Origin: Synergistota bacterium
GTDB taxonomy: Bacteria > Synergistota > GBS-1
NCBI GenBank assembly: GCA_025060595.1
Contig: JANXBX010000006.1
Location: 65,657-129,656 of the forward strand
DNA length: 64,000 nucleotides
Direction of reading: 5' to 3'
A program made the translations under genes and the position numbers. Under the pieces are notes generated by a model that was not told the DNA's origin, searched no databases, and saw nothing but the letters and a program-made list of their open reading frames with translations. This document shows positions 28,403 through 36,256 of this stretch, piece by piece; within the stretch, counting starts at the first letter, position 1, and every line of letters begins with the position of its first letter.

Positions 28403-29860
28403 TTAAACTCCCTTCTTCACATATCTATACTGCAAAAGATAGCTTGCCACCACTAGCAGGATTATTACAAGACTTATGGGACGAGTAAAGAAAGATATGA
28501 AAAGATTTCCAAGGCCACCAGAAATTATCAAAGCTTTTCTGAAGTTCGTCTCTATCATGGAACCAAGTATTAAAGATAAAACTATGGGGCTGACGGGGAA
28601 ACCACCTTTTTCCATAGCATATCCAAGAAGGCCAAATATGATCATAAAAAGGACATCATAAACGTTGTTTTGCAGAGCATAAGAACCAACGATGCAAAGT
28701 ACGGAAATAAACGGAATCAAGAACCACTTAGGAAGGTTCAACATCCTAAGCATCAAGTTGCTTCCAAGAATACCAAGAACATAAGCGAAAATCGTTCCTA
28801 TAACTAGAAAAACAAGTATCATATAAAAATAATGTCTTTCCGTTAGCATAAAGGTAGGACCTGGTAATAACCCATGAAGGTAGAAAGAACCCAACATAAC
28901 AGCTGTAACAGAATCACCGGGTATTCCAAGAGTTAAAAGGGTTGTTATAGCTCCACCAATAGCAGCATCATTGGCTATTTCAGGTGCAGCAACTCCCTCA
29001 TAAGCTCCCTCACCAAAAGGTCTGGTTGGTTCCTTTATCAGCTGTTTTGAAACACCATAAGATACCAACGCTCCTATGTCTCCACCAGTTCCAGGAAGCA
29101 GCCCTATTATAGCCCCTATAGGGGCAGACCAGATAAAACATTTGGCTACCTTTTTAAAAACATCAAATCTAGGGAATAACCCTCTAAGGTTGAAATAAAA
29201 TCCCTCAACTTTAAAAGATCTCCTGCTACTTAGCTGGACAAACACCTCCTTCATACCAAAAAGACCAATCATTGCAACGATGTAGTTTATCCCGCCCCCT
29301 AGAGCAGTTATACCAAAGGTAAATCTCATTAAGCCTGTTATGGGATCCATACCTACAAAGGCTATTATTAAACCCAAACAGGCCGCTGCCAGCCCCTTAA
29401 GCATACTCCCCTTACTTAAAACGGAAACAAGAGTTAAACCCCAAAGACACATCAAGAAGTACTCATGATCTCCAAACCTTAAAGCAAATTTTCCAATAAT
29501 GGGGCCAAGAACAGCAAGAAAGAGTATCCCAAAAAAACCACCAAGTAAGCTTACAAACATGGAAAGGCCTAAGGCAGTATCTGCTTCCCCTTTCTGCTTT
29601 AAGGGATAACCATCGAATACTGTGGCTACTGCAGCAGCAGTTCCAGGAATGTTCAAAGTGATAGCTGAGATAGAACCTCCCATAACTCCTCCACAGAAGG
29701 CACCTATTATAAAAGCCAAAGCATCCATCATATGCCAGCCAAAGGTTAAGGAGACGACCAGAACCATAGTCATGGTCACCGTTAAACCAGGCAGTGCCCC
29801 CATTATTAACCCAATGATTGTTCCTATCAAGATGTACACAAGAAGAAGAATTATACTCAT
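28403..29860 (-). CDS. tctA: Tripartite tricarboxylate transporter, large permease TctA
   Basis: A 485-aa membrane protein with the TctA-family N-terminus (GALPGLTVTMTMVLVV). Confidence 0.9.
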   Translation of the reverse strand: MSIILLLVYILIGTIIGLIMGALPGLTVTMTMVLVVSLTFGWHMMDALAFIIGAFCGGVMGGSISAITLNIPGTAAAVATVFDGYPLKQKGEADTALGLSMFVSLLGGFFGILFLAVLGPIIGKFALRFGDHEYFLMCLWGLTLVSVLSKGSMLKGLAAACLGLIIAFVGMDPITGLMRFTFGITALGGGINYIVAMIGLFGMKEVFVQLSSRRSFKVEGFYFNLRGLFPRFDVFKKVAKCFIWSAPIGAIIGLLPGTGGDIGALVSYGVSKQLIKEPTRPFGEGAYEGVAAPEIANDAAIGGAITTLLTLGIPGDSVTAVMLGSFYLHGLLPGPTFMLTERHYFYMILVFLVIGTIFAYVLGILGSNLMLRMLNLPKWFLIPFISVLCIVGSYALQNNVYDVLFMIIFGLLGYAMEKGGFPVSPIVLSLILGSMIETNFRKALIISGGLGNLFISFFTRPISLVIILLVVASYLLQYRYVKKGV

Positions 29861-29877
29861 CCTAATCCCTCCTTACG

Positions 29878-30378
29878 CTACGGTAAAGCAACTAAAAAGA
29901 TCTTATTAAAAACAATATCTATTGAGTACACGATACAGAGAGACATGGCAAGAAGAATTACAGTCTTCTTTAAGATATTCCCATTAAGCTCGTTCCCAGA
30001 AAAAGCGAACATCGTTCCCATACAGAAAATCAGCGTAGTAAGTTTAAAGTGAAGCTTCTCCACAACCATAACATACACCACGAGCGCAAGGAAATATAAT
30101 ATAACAGTCCGCAAGTCCCTCATGTTAGCGAGATGAGTTTCTCTATCGATTTTATGCTCTTTCCAAAACTTAAACTGAGTTATCAATATAGATAACAATA
30201 GAATCAAAAGCGTAACAGCAACCAAAAAAGGAAAGATCAAGGGAGAATCAATAGTCAATAAAGGAATGTTATCAACTTTATTGAAAGTGTAAAGGCTATA
30301 AAAAACAAGGGAATTCGCAACAAACATAACAACTAAGGTTACTATGTCTAATAGCCTAGAGTAATCCATCACCCTCAC
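29878..30378 (-). CDS. tctB: Tripartite tricarboxylate transporter, small subunit TctB
   Basis: A 166-aa four-TM protein immediately upstream of tctA. Confidence 0.6.
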   Translation of the reverse strand: MRVMDYSRLLDIVTLVVMFVANSLVFYSLYTFNKVDNIPLLTIDSPLIFPFLVAVTLLILLLSILITQFKFWKEHKIDRETHLANMRDLRTVILYFLALVVYVMVVEKLHFKLTTLIFCMGTMFAFSGNELNGNILKKTVILLAMSLCIVYSIDIVFNKIFLVALP

Positions 30379-30383
30379 CTTCT

Positions 30384-30557
30384 CTAAGCTTTTTCTTCAA
30401 TAGCCTCGCTTGGACAAACGCTCTTACAGGCATAACACTCCACACACAAATTCACATTTATATAAGCCTTACCATCAACCATTTGAGTTGCACCAGTTCC
30501 GCAGACCGCAATACAAGCTTCACAAGCTTCGCACTTACTAACATTGACTACCAGCAT
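30384..30557 (-). CDS. 2x[4Fe-4S] ferredoxin (57 aa). It is below the ORF-track length cutoff and so is absent from it.
   Basis: Reverse-strand translation gives MLVVNVSKCEACEACIAVCGTGATQMVDGKAYINVNLCVECYACKSVCPSEAIEEKA. Two CxxCxxCxxxC(P) motifs. A GGGGGA ribosome-binding site 8 nt upstream. It ends 6 nt before the tctB start. Confidence 0.7.
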   Translation of the reverse strand: MLVVNVSKCEACEACIAVCGTGATQMVDGKAYINVNLCVECYACKSVCPSEAIEEKA

Positions 30558-30598
30558 TGATTATTCCCCCTTTTAAGTATCCTCCGCGTTTTAAAATA

Positions 30599-30631
30599 GG
30601 CTCACCCCTCTTTAAAAGGGAGGGGTGAGCC
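30599..30631 (-). terminator. Intrinsic terminator downstream of tctC
   Basis: The sequence ggctcacccctc-tttaaaa-gggaggggtgagcc is a perfect 12-bp stem followed by a U-rich run on the minus strand. Confidence 0.7.
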
Positions 30632-30646
30632 TTTAAATCTCAAAAT

Positions 30647-31657
30647 TTATTTAGGCCTCTTTATGCCGAAATCCTCTGGTGACTTCTTAGCAACGCCAGC
30701 ATCGTAAAGAAGCCAGGCGGCCTTAGCCGTCCAGTTTTTAACATACTCATAAGCATAAGGACCAGAGTAATCCAAAGGCACCAGGAAGAATTTCTTGCAA
30801 TACTCAAGCCATCTTGGGTCTTTCGCAGCTTCATCCATAGCCTTCGTTAAGACCTCTACAACCTCTTGTGGAACACCTCTTGGGGCAAAGAGCCCAAAGT
30901 AAGGACCATAAGGCAAATGCTTAGCAAGAGATGGGAAAGCCTTACCCATAGGAGTAACGTCCAAGCCTGGGACAGGTTCGTTAGTGAAGGAAGCCAATAT
31001 CTTTATCATCTTACTCTGGTGAGCTTCGATCATCTGCTGAACCATCTCTATAGTAGAATCAACATGGCCACCCATACAAGCAGTTACAGCTGGCTTTCCA
31101 CCCTGATAAGGAACAAAGGTGAATTTGCAACCAAGTTCCTTCTCCAAAAGAAGTCCACAAACATGAGGAACAGTAGCCGGACCAGCGGTACTCAACTTAA
31201 GCTTTCCAGGATTCTCTTTAGCATACTTTATAAACTCCTCTACGGTATTAAAGGGAGAATTAGGAGGAACAGCTACCACAGGAATAGCTTCAGCTACAAG
31301 TCTAATTGGGATAAAATCTATGTAAGGACTTAACTCGGCTGTTCCCATAACCTGCCAAGTAGACATCGCTTCAGAACCAAACATTAAGGTATAACCATCC
31401 TTTGGACGAGACATAACCTGTGAAGCAGCTATAGCGCTTGCAGCTCCAGGGACATTCGTAATCCCGATTCCAACACCAAGCTTCTCCTGAAGTATGGGGA
31501 GTATACCACGAGCAATAACATCAGTAGCACCACCCGCAGGGAAACCAACAAAGACAGTAATAGGTTTTTCAGGATACTTCGCATAAGAGCTCGTAACAAA
31601 GCCCAAAGCCAAAACCACCATCAAGGCCACCAAACCTAATACCACTACCTTACGCAT
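30647..31657 (-). CDS. tctC: Tripartite tricarboxylate transporter substrate-binding protein TctC (Bug family)
   Basis: Signal peptide followed by the Bug/TctC signature PITVFVGFPAGGATDVIAR. Confidence 0.85.
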   Translation of the reverse strand: MRKVVVLGLVALMVVLALGFVTSSYAKYPEKPITVFVGFPAGGATDVIARGILPILQEKLGVGIGITNVPGAASAIAASQVMSRPKDGYTLMFGSEAMSTWQVMGTAELSPYIDFIPIRLVAEAIPVVAVPPNSPFNTVEEFIKYAKENPGKLKLSTAGPATVPHVCGLLLEKELGCKFTFVPYQGGKPAVTACMGGHVDSTIEMVQQMIEAHQSKMIKILASFTNEPVPGLDVTPMGKAFPSLAKHLPYGPYFGLFAPRGVPQEVVEVLTKAMDEAAKDPRWLEYCKKFFLVPLDYSGPYAYEYVKNWTAKAAWLLYDAGVAKKSPEDFGIKRPK

Positions 31658-31734
31658 GAAATGCCACCCCCTTCTTTATTTTTAAGATTTAGACAATGAA
31701 AAGCTTTCCCTCCCTCTCCCTCTATCACCCCCTT

Positions 31735-32496
31735 TTATATGTACATGCGTTGAGGATCGATCTTTTTCCTAAGAAGATCAATTTCCTCGGCAGTAGGCTC
31801 ATCAGTAGTTTTAACTCCGCTCGATAAATCTAAAGCGACTCCTGTATTTTGAATAACATCTTCAGGCTTTACACCAGGATGAATAGAGAGAACCTTAATA
31901 GCCTTGGTCTTCTCATCAAAACCAAAGACACATAGGTTTGTTATTATTTTTACATCCTCAGGTACAGGAAGCCCCTCCTCCTTCCTGCTATCATAGCCCC
32001 TTAGATATCCTACGCTCGTTAGATAATCTAAGCTATCCACTATCTTTCTCTTCTCGTGCCTCATCATTATAAGAAGCCTCCTAGCCATTGTAGCCATATC
32101 TGCAGCTCCACCGCTACCATTTATATGCCTTGTACCTTTCTCCGTTTTAACAAGCGTGCTGTTTATATTCCCATATTTATCAACCTGAAGCCCTCCCAAA
32201 AACCCAACATCTATCAGGCCCTTCTGAAGAATAGCTCCCAGCGTACCGACGAAGCTTGTAAAGTGCTCAGCTTTATACCAAAGCCTTGGATCAGCAACTC
32301 CCACTCCCATCTCTTCAGCCTCAGGATTAATAACCCCTATTTCATAAATTATCGTTAAATTAGGAGCGTGAGTGTTTTGAGCAAGTAAAGCAGCTATCTG
32401 AGGCAAACCCAATCCTACAACTACATTCTCCCCATCCCTTAAAAGCCTTGCGGCCGTAACCGCCATTAACTCATTAGTTGTGTAAGGTAAAGACAC
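31735..32496 (-). CDS. CoA-transferase subunit B (3-oxoacid / glutaconate CoA-transferase beta)
   Basis: 253 aa. ...GNINSTLV...GSGGAADMA... is typical of family I CoA-transferase beta subunits. Confidence 0.85.
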   Translation of the reverse strand: MSLPYTTNELMAVTAARLLRDGENVVVGLGLPQIAALLAQNTHAPNLTIIYEIGVINPEAEEMGVGVADPRLWYKAEHFTSFVGTLGAILQKGLIDVGFLGGLQVDKYGNINSTLVKTEKGTRHINGSGGAADMATMARRLLIMMRHEKRKIVDSLDYLTSVGYLRGYDSRKEEGLPVPEDVKIITNLCVFGFDEKTKAIKVLSIHPGVKPEDVIQNTGVALDLSSGVKTTDEPTAEEIDLLRKKIDPQRMYI

Positions 32497-32509
32497 CTCA
32501 AATCACCCC

Positions 32510-33409
32510 TTAATAACCATATACTGGATCCGCCTTTATCTTATTCAATCGTCTAACGCCACCCACTTTTTCCAAAAATTCCTCAAAATCCTTAGTACCT
32601 AAAATGTACTCATCAACAAATTTCTTAAATTTTTCCCCGTCCTTACTAACCTCAGCATATTCTTCAAGCATCTCCTTGTCATAGTCATAGCACTTGTACA
32701 CAGCGTTAGGAAAAGCCCCAAAAGGTACCTCAGCAACAGCATGAACATAAACGCTGGGTATAATGACCTTTTCAGGATGTCTCTTAACAAACTCAGTTGA
32801 AACTACCTTTTCAACAGTAACGAATAACTTTTTCGCAGACTTTGCAGTCTCCACATCCCAATAAGGGCCTTCAATGATAACGTTACCCTTTTCATCGGCA
32901 TATTGAGCGTGAATAATCGCAAAATCCGGTTGAAGAGCCTTAAGATATACATACTTTTCACCATCAAAAGGAGATCTCTCAACCCTAACGGCGTCATCCT
33001 TTTTCTCAAGCAAGACTTTAAGCATTTCGGTTCCCAACAAGTATTTTGTAGGAATAAATGGTATACCCATAGATCCTGCTAAAAACCTCAAAGCCATACT
33101 TGTTCCACTATACTCCCTAACATCTATCAATTTTTTATCTATAGCCTCGTTAATTCTCTCAAGCCTCCCAAATCTATCAAGAGAACCAGCACTGTACTCG
33201 AGTCTCTTAACTAATCCCGCCCCAACAAGAAGATCTGTCTCCATACCGCCCACTATTTGGTATACAGTTAGATTCTTCTTACCCTGCCTTATAAGCTCAA
33301 AAACGAAGGCCACAGGATTCCTCGTTATAGCGAAACCACCTAGAGCTATATGAGCACCATCGGGAATCTCAGCTACGATATCCTTTAAAGCTCTCACCTT
33401 GCTGTTCAA
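32510..33409 (-). CDS. CoA-transferase subunit A (glutaconate CoA-transferase alpha-like)
   Basis: 299 aa. The N-terminal VAEIPDGAHIALGGFAITRNPVAFV is the alpha-subunit signature. Confidence 0.85.
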   Translation of the reverse strand: MNSKVRALKDIVAEIPDGAHIALGGFAITRNPVAFVFELIRQGKKNLTVYQIVGGMETDLLVGAGLVKRLEYSAGSLDRFGRLERINEAIDKKLIDVREYSGTSMALRFLAGSMGIPFIPTKYLLGTEMLKVLLEKKDDAVRVERSPFDGEKYVYLKALQPDFAIIHAQYADEKGNVIIEGPYWDVETAKSAKKLFVTVEKVVSTEFVKRHPEKVIIPSVYVHAVAEVPFGAFPNAVYKCYDYDKEMLEEYAEVSKDGEKFKKFVDEYILGTKDFEEFLEKVGGVRRLNKIKADPVYGY

Positions 33410-33424
33410 AACAGGTTCACCTCC

Positions 33425-33889
33425 TTAACTCTTAACGACCTCGGAGGTGCCCATCTTCGCAAGGGTTATCTTACAATCGCCATCTTCAACTTCAACAGGC
33501 AAAAGCTCAGGAGCAAGCCCACTATTAAGCTCCATAGAGTACATGAAAATATTAGCTATAGGACAGGAAAGAGGATTAATCTTAGAGCTTAAGAAAGCGT
33601 CTCTTACATTTTTCAAGCAACATCCCTTTATCTTCATCTTAAGAGTATAGTTATCCTCTTCAAATTCCACTTCACCACAGAACCCGCTTTCCTTCAACCA
33701 TTTCTTTATCGTCTCTCTATCCTTGATACCTTCACCAAGCTTATCCTTAGCGAAGGCAACACCAACTCTCGTAAGCCTATAACGAGCTCCCTTCCCACGT
33801 TCATTCCAAAACTCTTTCTGAACCTCAAAAACCAAATTCTCCATAAACTTTTCAAATAAACTCATTCGATTTACCTCCTTTCGAATCAC
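33425..33889 (-). CDS. Hypothetical protein (possible V4R / hydrocarbon-binding-like small protein)
   Basis: 154 aa with several conserved-looking Cys residues. Family uncertain. Confidence 0.3.
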   Translation of the reverse strand: MIRKEVNRMSLFEKFMENLVFEVQKEFWNERGKGARYRLTRVGVAFAKDKLGEGIKDRETIKKWLKESGFCGEVEFEEDNYTLKMKIKGCCLKNVRDAFLSSKINPLSCPIANIFMYSMELNSGLAPELLPVEVEDGDCKITLAKMGTSEVVKS

Positions 33890-34545
33890 TCGGAGTAGTA
33901 AGGCTTACCAAACTTCTCGCTAAAAACTATGTCCTTAAGAGCTAACCTTGGTCGAGGATTGGGCATTCTTGCAGGCTTACCTATAGATATTATGCTTATT
34001 ACCTTATAGTCCTCCGGTATCTCAAAATAGGTCCTTACCTTCTCTTCATCCCTCACATCTATGCAAGGAGCAATAACCCAACAGGCTCCCAAGCCCAGAC
34101 TTGCAACCGCAAGAAGGATATTCTCTATAGCCGCAGAGGTATCGTAAGGAAGATCCCAAACATCCTTTCTACCTATGACCATAAGTATCAAATCTCCTTG
34201 ACTTACGAACCCAGATACATCACCAGATGTAAGCTTCTTAAAAGCAGCTAATTTCTTCTGTTCATCCTGAAGCCCTTTGAATCTCTCTTGCATGTGCTTA
34301 CTTAAAAATTCACCCGTAAACCTTCTTCCACTTGCCTTCTTTGACACATCTGCCAAGAACTTTTTCCCTTCCTCATCCCTAACGATTATGAACCTCCAAG
34401 GCTGAGCATTTTCACCAGAAGGTGCCCAACGGGCGCATTCCAATATAAACCTTAAATCTTCTTCAGATACTTTTTCCGGAGTATAATCCCTTACACTTCT
34501 TCTCTCGTAAACCACTTGAAAAAACGTATCTTTTCTTGAATCCAC
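33886..34545 (-). CDS. Nitroreductase family protein
   Basis: RRSVRDYTPEKVSEEDLRFILECARWAPSGENAQPWRFIIV is the canonical nitroreductase FMN-binding motif. Confidence 0.8.
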   Translation of the reverse strand: MDSRKDTFFQVVYERRSVRDYTPEKVSEEDLRFILECARWAPSGENAQPWRFIIVRDEEGKKFLADVSKKASGRRFTGEFLSKHMQERFKGLQDEQKKLAAFKKLTSGDVSGFVSQGDLILMVIGRKDVWDLPYDTSAAIENILLAVASLGLGACWVIAPCIDVRDEEKVRTYFEIPEDYKVISIISIGKPARMPNPRPRLALKDIVFSEKFGKPYYSE

Positions 34546-34586
34546 AATCGCTCCCTCCTTGCCTAAATTTTATGGCAGGGTTACCC

Positions 34587-35555
34587 CTAAAAGCGAGGTA
34601 ACCCCAAGGAATAAAGGCTTTTTCCACCTCTACGAGGCCCTTTCAACAATGCCTCAACTTCCTTCTCATCTCTTTCTGTTAAGTACTTAGCGTCAGGAAG
34701 CTTGCCAGGCGGGAATCTCTCCAATATATCGTTGTGAAGCTTAATAAGATAATCTATAATCTTGTCCACAGCGTTATAAGCCTTTTCAGCTCTGGCTAAA
34801 GATGGCTTTCCGATAACCCCCTGAGGATAAACCATAAGCTCCAAACCACCCATACCCACTTGAGCATGACCAGGTATGGGATATTGATATATATCCCCAC
34901 CTTTATCTACATGCCCCTCGGGCATAAATCCCCACGGCTCAGAGTCCTCCATATGCTCAGGCTCGTTCATCTCGGGAAAGAGAGCTAAAGATATAGAGGC
35001 TTCAACCTCATCTGCATGCCTAAAGGGGGTGTCCCATGGCCCACCGTGAGCTTTATCTTTAAGCTCATTTGCTACAACCGTTGGCCAGTTAACCATACAT
35101 ATTATCGCAGGAACTTGATATTGCTTCCAGAAAGCTTGTATAGCAAGAGGAATAACATACTCTTGACCATGACCATTAAGAAGGATTTGCTTTCTAAAAC
35201 CCGCGTTCCAGTAACCAGCTATAACTGACATAAGATAGGGAATAAACACCTCATCGGGAACAATGACAGTACCAGGCTGACCTACCTGATTCCATGGGTG
35301 AGAGCCAAACCAAATAGGCTGTGATACAGTACAACCCGTTTCCTTCGCAACAGTTTCAGCGATCCTTGTAACTATAAAAGTATCCTCTCCAAAACACTGT
35401 CCCTTACCGTGATTTTCCGTACAGCCTACAGGAATTATTATGATATCGTTCTTCTTAAGTCTTTCCTCTACCTGACGCCAGGTCATATTTTGAAAGTATA
35501 TACCATCAGCTTTATCCATGGAGCCTGTAGAGTATTTATATCTCATAAACTGCAC
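34587..35555 (-). CDS. Creatininase family amidohydrolase (long form)
   Basis: IIIPVGCTENHG...ILLNGHGQ matches the creatininase / ArfB metal-binding pattern. Confidence 0.7.
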   Translation of the reverse strand: MQFMRYKYSTGSMDKADGIYFQNMTWRQVEERLKKNDIIIIPVGCTENHGKGQCFGEDTFIVTRIAETVAKETGCTVSQPIWFGSHPWNQVGQPGTVIVPDEVFIPYLMSVIAGYWNAGFRKQILLNGHGQEYVIPLAIQAFWKQYQVPAIICMVNWPTVVANELKDKAHGGPWDTPFRHADEVEASISLALFPEMNEPEHMEDSEPWGFMPEGHVDKGGDIYQYPIPGHAQVGMGGLELMVYPQGVIGKPSLARAEKAYNAVDKIIDYLIKLHNDILERFPPGKLPDAKYLTERDEKEVEALLKGPRRGGKSLYSLGLPRF

Positions 35556-35595
35556 CTCCTCCCCTTATAGAAACACCATACCAAGCGTGACAAAA

Positions 35596-35628
35596 CCCAT
35601 ACGGATTTACTTATTCTACCCGTATGGG
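35596..35628 (-). terminator. Intergenic hairpin (terminator / attenuator) between the cupin and creatininase genes
   Basis: The sequence cccatacgg-15 nt loop-ccgtatggg is a perfect 9-bp stem. A UUUUG run follows on the minus strand. Confidence 0.45.
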
Positions 35629-35637
35629 CCTTTGAAA

Positions 35638-36006
35638 TTACTTCGCTAAGTGTTCAGGAAGCGGTGGAGAATAAGCCCAGACAAGCTTTATAGGCTCATC
35701 TCCCGTATTAATTATCTCGTGCTTTACCCCACACGGAGCAAATATAGCTGTTCCTGGTGTAAGCTCGTACTCACCGTAACCCTCGACTATAAGCTTTCCT
35801 CTACCAGAGATAATAAACATCGCTTCCTCATGACCCTCATGACAATGGGCAGGAATCCTACTTCCCACCTCTGTAACATTTACCCCCATAGAAATCTTAG
35901 TAGCTCCTACAGTCTTATTACATATAAGAACCTTAGAGACCCTAGGAGGAACCCTCTTTACTCCTTCAACTTCACTTTCATGAACAGTGAATTTAGCCAT
36001 CTTCAT
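35638..36006 (-). CDS. Cupin domain protein
   Basis: 122 aa. The cupin_2 motifs HCHEGHEEAMFIISGRG...GVKHEIINTGDEP. Confidence 0.75.
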   Translation of the reverse strand: MKMAKFTVHESEVEGVKRVPPRVSKVLICNKTVGATKISMGVNVTEVGSRIPAHCHEGHEEAMFIISGRGKLIVEGYGEYELTPGTAIFAPCGVKHEIINTGDEPIKLVWAYSPPLPEHLAK

Positions 36007-36028
36007 CTACCCCTTTCCTCTAGAAGTT

Positions 36029-36253
36029 TTAACCTCCAAGATATACGGGAAAAATCTCTACCTTATCCCCATCTTTTAAAAGGTAATCTATATCTTGCCA
36101 TTTACCGTTCACGGTAACTATTCCCACTTGATCCACAGGAACTCCCATATTCACAAGCAAATCTCCTATCTTAAGGCCATTTTTAACCTCTATTTCCCTT
36201 TCCTCAGCCCTGGCATACTTTTTAAGATAAAGGTGAAACCTTACTTTTACCAT
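36029..36253 (-). CDS. MoaD/ThiS family sulfur-carrier-like protein (C-terminal GG)
   Basis: 74 aa ending ...KVEIFPVYLGG. It lies directly downstream of the AOR gene. Confidence 0.6.
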   Translation of the reverse strand: MVKVRFHLYLKKYARAEEREIEVKNGLKIGDLLVNMGVPVDQVGIVTVNGKWQDIDYLLKDGDKVEIFPVYLGG

Positions 36254-36256
36254 ATC

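Noticed and set aside
30866-31333. 155-aa plus-strand ORF inside tctC
   Set aside because: Antisense to a well-supported Bug/TctC gene. Arg/Ser-rich low-complexity translation.
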